This document shows positions 60,625 through 64,000 of a stretch of DNA of 64,000 nucleotides, one piece after another (position 1 is the first letter of the stretch; the number at the start of each line of letters is the position of its first letter). Source of the stretch: a virus (taxonomy: Duplodnaviria > Caudoviricetes). A program made the position numbers and the translations under genes. Location of the stretch: positions 19,784 to 83,783 of IMG/VR virus record IMGVR_UViG_3300024331_000061. The stretch is one strand, 5' to 3'. Under the pieces are notes generated by a model. That model made no database searches. It worked only from the letters and a program-made list of their open reading frames with translations, and had not been told where the DNA came from.

Positions 60625-61134
60625 ATGGCTGTGCTGGTCGATGGACGTGAGATCGCAGGCGAGCTGGCCTGCCCGCCGGTCAGCACCGAGCTGGACGAGA
60701 ACGACCGCAAGCGTGACAGGTGGGTCACGTTTGAGCTGTACCGCCTGGACAACGGGGGCTGGCTGGCGCACCGGGTGGGGGAGTCGCGGGTCTACCACAC
60801 CCTGAACACGCGGTGCGTGACCAAGACCGGCCGCCCGAGCGGCGACCCGGCCGCCATCGGCCAGCTGCCCGATGACGCGGTGCCCTGCCCGAGGTGCAGG
60901 CCGGACTACCCGGAGAACCTGCCCGACACCGACGGGCCGGTGGCGAGGTTTGAGTTCGCCCGCCACACCTGGGACGAATGCCCGACCGCGTACCTGGTCA
61001 AGGAGAAGCTCACGACGATCAGGAGCCGCGACGGCACGACCAGCACGGTCACGTCCGATCCGGTCGGCAAGCTGCTGCGTGGCGCGGCGCGGAACTACCC
61101 CGAGTTCATCCCGCTGGTGACGCCAGCGGCATAG
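60625..61134 (+). CDS. Hypothetical protein
   Basis: RWVTFELYR...S-x-VYH...CPRC motifs; ATG 60625 follows AAGGGAAG. Confidence 0.6.
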   Translation: MAVLVDGREIAGELACPPVSTELDENDRKRDRWVTFELYRLDNGGWLAHRVGESRVYHTLNTRCVTKTGRPSGDPAAIGQLPDDAVPCPRCRPDYPENLPDTDGPVARFEFARHTWDECPTAYLVKEKLTTIRSRDGTTSTVTSDPVGKLLRGAARNYPEFIPLVTPAA

Positions 61135-61146
61135 ACTGTAAACACC
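61135..61146. promoter_or_regulatory. Palindromic operator TGT-NN-ACA
   Basis: ACTGTAAACACC upstream of 61168. Confidence 0.5.
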
Positions 61147-61167
61147 TACGATGACGATGAGGATGAC

Positions 61168-61587
61168 ATGAAAGAACCACTGACGGTGAAGCCGAGCCCG
61201 TGCGCGAGCTGCCCCTACCGGGTCGGCGTGCCCAGCGGCGTCTGGGCGGCATCGGAGTACGACGCGCTGACCGCCTTCGACGGCGAGCCCTCCGGGCAGG
61301 CCGTGAGCCTGTTCATGTGCCACCAGGCCGATGAGAAACTGTGCTCGGGCTGGGTCGGCCACAAGGACCCGCACGACATGCTGGCGCTGCGCCTGGGCGT
61401 CGTCAGGGGCCAGGTAGCGCCCGAGGCCCTGGAGTACGAGACCGACGTGCCGCTGTTCGCCAGCGGCGCTGAGGCGGCCGAGCACGGCAAGCGGGACATC
61501 GACCACCCGTCCGCCGAGGCCATGGAGCAGGTGTCCAAGATCATCACGGTGCGCGAGAAGCGCGGAGAGCCGGTGAACCTGTCATGA
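61168..61587 (+). CDS. Cys-rich protein (DUF6283-like)
   Basis: PCASCPYR...GVW-x-x-x-EY...FMCH...C-x-GW-x-x-H motif. Confidence 0.6.
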   Translation: MKEPLTVKPSPCASCPYRVGVPSGVWAASEYDALTAFDGEPSGQAVSLFMCHQADEKLCSGWVGHKDPHDMLALRLGVVRGQVAPEALEYETDVPLFASGAEAAEHGKRDIDHPSAEAMEQVSKIITVREKRGEPVNLS

Positions 61588-62159
61588 ACGTCGATGTCAG
61601 CAACCTGGAGCCGGGCACGTTCGGCGTCAGCCACGGATCGGGCATGGGCGGGGAGATCATCCGCCACGCCACCGGCAGCTGGGCCGGGCATGCCTTCGTG
61701 TACGTGGGCGGCGGGATCATCGTGGAGGGAGCGCCGCCGGTAGCCAGGCTGGCATCGGCCGCCCACTACGGGGACGCGATCTGGGCGTGGCGGATGTACG
61801 ACGTTCTGAGCAAGGAGCACAGCGCCCCCGAGATCGAGGCCATGAAAGCCAAGGTGGTCGGCCGGGCGCACGCCCTGGTCGGCACCGCGTACGACTGGCC
61901 CGCCTACATCGGCTTCAGCCTGGAGGTCCTCGGCCTGCGCAGCGGCAAGGAGCTGAGCCCGTTCTTCGTGCATGACAGCTACCGCGTGTGCAGCGCCCTG
62001 GTCGATGACGCCGAGACGTTCGGCGGCGTGCCGATGGACTTCGTGCCCGCTGACGGGCCGGGCATGGACGCCAGCCCCGGCACCCTGGTGACCATGCCGC
62101 CGAATTTGGTGGCCCCCGGAATGTTGTTGGGTCTCATGCAGCGGCTGGATTGGGCTTAA
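61584..62159 (+). CDS. Permuted papain-like (NlpC/P60, YiiX/YaeF-type) amidase
   Basis: His precedes Cys: WAGHAFVY...VE...G-x-x-YDW...VCSALV. Confidence 0.75.
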   Translation: MNVDVSNLEPGTFGVSHGSGMGGEIIRHATGSWAGHAFVYVGGGIIVEGAPPVARLASAAHYGDAIWAWRMYDVLSKEHSAPEIEAMKAKVVGRAHALVGTAYDWPAYIGFSLEVLGLRSGKELSPFFVHDSYRVCSALVDDAETFGGVPMDFVPADGPGMDASPGTLVTMPPNLVAPGMLLGLMQRLDWA

Positions 62160-62269
62160 ATGGACGCATACGCCGTCGCACGGAATACGGCTAATCAAAT
62201 CGACAGTTCAGCCCATGTCCCGTCGGATCGCGCCACACCAGGTCTTACCGACAAACCCGATTCAAGACG

Positions 62270-62455
62270 ATGAGCGCACCCAGCGGAAAATTGCACTACA
62301 GCAGCTGGGTGCGCGAGGGCTACACGCTCTGCGGCCGGGTGATCAAGGGCAGCCTGCGGGTGACCCCTGAAGTCGGCAAGATCACCTGCATCATGTGCAA
62401 GGGCAGCCCGGCGCTGGACGGCCTGCTGGGCAACATGACCCACGCGGGGCACTGA
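62270..62455 (+). CDS. Small Zn-binding hypothetical protein
   Basis: H...TLCG...ITC-x-x-C motif. Confidence 0.5.
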   Translation: MSAPSGKLHYSSWVREGYTLCGRVIKGSLRVTPEVGKITCIMCKGSPALDGLLGNMTHAGH

Positions 62456-64000
62456 TGCCCGACGGTGCGCTCGATCACGTCAAGCTGCACCGCGTGGACA
62501 GCCTGGCTGAGCTGGACAACTGCCGCCGCTGGGCATCGGAGCGGCGGGAGACACCGCTGTTCGCTGACACCGAAAGCGGCGGGCTCAACCCGCACAAGGA
62601 CCGGCACCGGCTCAGCCAGCTCGGGGACAAGCGGCACGGCTGGGCCTTCCCGGTCGGCTGGACCGGCGCGTTCATGGAGCTGCTCATGAACTACGCCGGG
62701 CTGATCGGCTTCCACAACAGCCCCTATGACTGGCGGGTGCTGACCGTGCACGCGGGTGCCGTCCCGCAGTGGCACAAGACCGAGGACACGCTGCTGCTCG
62801 GGCACATCACCGACTCACTGCGGCTGGCCGGGCTGAAGCCGCGCAGCGCCCAGGAGATCGACAGCCGGGCCATACGCGGCGAGACGATGATGCTGGAGGG
62901 CATGGCCGCCCGGCACTGGACGTTCGCGGACGTGCCCGACACCTGGGCTCCCTGGTGGATGTACGGCGCGCTGGACCCGGTGCTGGCGGCGCACCTGTGG
63001 GACCTGCCGAGCTTCCGCCAGGCCCGCCAGCTCTACAGCCAGGCGTATGACACCGAGCGGGCGACCGCGCGGATCTGCGCGAACATGATGCTGACCGGCA
63101 TGATGACCGACGTTCCCTTTGTCGAGCAGAAGATCAGCGAGATCACCGCCTACACCGATAAGGCGGCGAACTGGCTGCGGCGCGAGTTCGGCATCGGCAA
63201 CGTGAACAGCTCAGCCCAGGTGATCGCCGCGATGAACGCCACCGGCATCCCCACGATGGTCTACACCGAGAAGGGCAACCCCTCCCTGGACAAGGAGGCC
63301 CTGAAGTTCTACCGGCACATGTTCCCGCAGCACAGCCACCTGATCGACGCGATCGGCTGGTGCCGCAAGGGCGACAAGCTGGTGGGCAGCTACCTGTCCA
63401 AGTTCCTGGCGCTGCGCGGCTCCGACGACATCATGCACTACAACATCCACAGCTGCCGGGCCAGGACCACCCGGATGAGCATCACCGACCCGCCGATGCA
63501 GACCTTTGACCGGGACGTGCCCGCCGTGCGGGGGAGCTTCCGGCCGCGTCCGGGGCACGTGTTCATCACCATCGACGCCGACCAGATCGAGGCCCGGCTG
63601 GCCGCCCACTTCAGCGCCGACCCGCGCATGATCGCGGACTTCTGGTACGCCGACGAGCACCAGCTGAAGTTCTTCATCGAGATGGCCAGCCGGATCTACA
63701 GCGAGCGGATCACCAAGCGCGACCCGCGCTACACCTGGACCAAGAACGCCACCTACGCCCAGATCTACGGCAGCGGCCTGGACAAGGCAGCTGCCACGGC
63801 TGGCGTGCCCGTCGAGACGATGCGCCCCGCCTACTCGGGGCTGGCGCAGATGTACCCGAACGTCAAGCGGCTGATGGACCGGCTGATCGCGGAGGCGAAG
63901 GGCAAGCGGCCGAAGGTGCAGACCATCGACGGCCGGTGGCTCTACACCTACCGGGGCAAGGAATACGCCCTGCTCAACACGCTGATCCAGGGCAGTGCCA
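62455..64000 (+). CDS. polA: Family A DNA polymerase (3'-5' exonuclease + polymerase), truncated by the window edge
   Basis: ExoI DTE, ExoII HN-x-x-YD, motif A IDADQIEARL, motif B KNATYAQIYG, and LLNTLIQGSA; frame open to 64000. Confidence 0.92.
   Translation, partial: MPDGALDHVKLHRVDSLAELDNCRRWASERRETPLFADTESGGLNPHKDRHRLSQLGDKRHGWAFPVGWTGAFMELLMNYAGLIGFHNSPYDWRVLTVHAGAVPQWHKTEDTLLLGHITDSLRLAGLKPRSAQEIDSRAIRGETMMLEGMAARHWTFADVPDTWAPWWMYGALDPVLAAHLWDLPSFRQARQLYSQAYDTERATARICANMMLTGMMTDVPFVEQKISEITAYTDKAANWLRREFGIGNVNSSAQVIAAMNATGIPTMVYTEKGNPSLDKEALKFYRHMFPQHSHLIDAIGWCRKGDKLVGSYLSKFLALRGSDDIMHYNIHSCRARTTRMSITDPPMQTFDRDVPAVRGSFRPRPGHVFITIDADQIEARLAAHFSADPRMIADFWYADEHQLKFFIEMASRIYSERITKRDPRYTWTKNATYAQIYGSGLDKAAATAGVPVETMRPAYSGLAQMYPNVKRLMDRLIAEAKGKRPKVQTIDGRWLYTYRGKEYALLNTLIQGSA

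Noticed and set aside
1-64000. Integrase, att site or host genes marking a prophage boundary
   Set aside because: No tyrosine or serine recombinase motifs or housekeeping genes were seen; lifestyle cannot be settled from this window.

Overview
The whole window is a segment of a high-GC (about 70%) actinobacterial tailed phage genome with siphovirus-type morphogenesis genes. No host housekeeping genes and no integrase are visible. From 37 kb leftward on the minus strand lie terminase, portal, MuF-like head protein, several large capsid-internal polyproteins, prohead protease/scaffold, major capsid, head-tail joining, major tail, chaperones, tape measure and tail-tip/fibre genes. A Ro60 (TROVE) gene with three Y-RNA-like elements and its own sigma70-type promoter sits between terminase and portal. 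From 37 to 55 kb are leftward accessory genes: secreted Rpf/LysM, NlpC/P60, lectin-like proteins, many small hypotheticals, Prim-Pol, an SF3 helicase and an AT-rich putative origin. From 55 to 64 kb is a rightward operon with an HTH regulator, a solo Cas7/RAMP-like gene, holin, a permuted papain-like enzyme and a family A DNA polymerase. Directly after the Cas7-like gene is a ~1.9 kb array of ~40 units built from GG(Y)NN pentamers punctuated by a GTC delimiter. The three best candidates for novel biology are (1) the Cas7-like gene plus pentamer-coded RNA array (VIPR-like RNA-guided system), (2) the Ro60 cassette with three modular Y RNAs, and (3) head polyproteins whose enzymatic modules are separated by a shared candidate prohead-protease cleavage motif. 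All protein calls come from motif recognition by eye; no searches were run.
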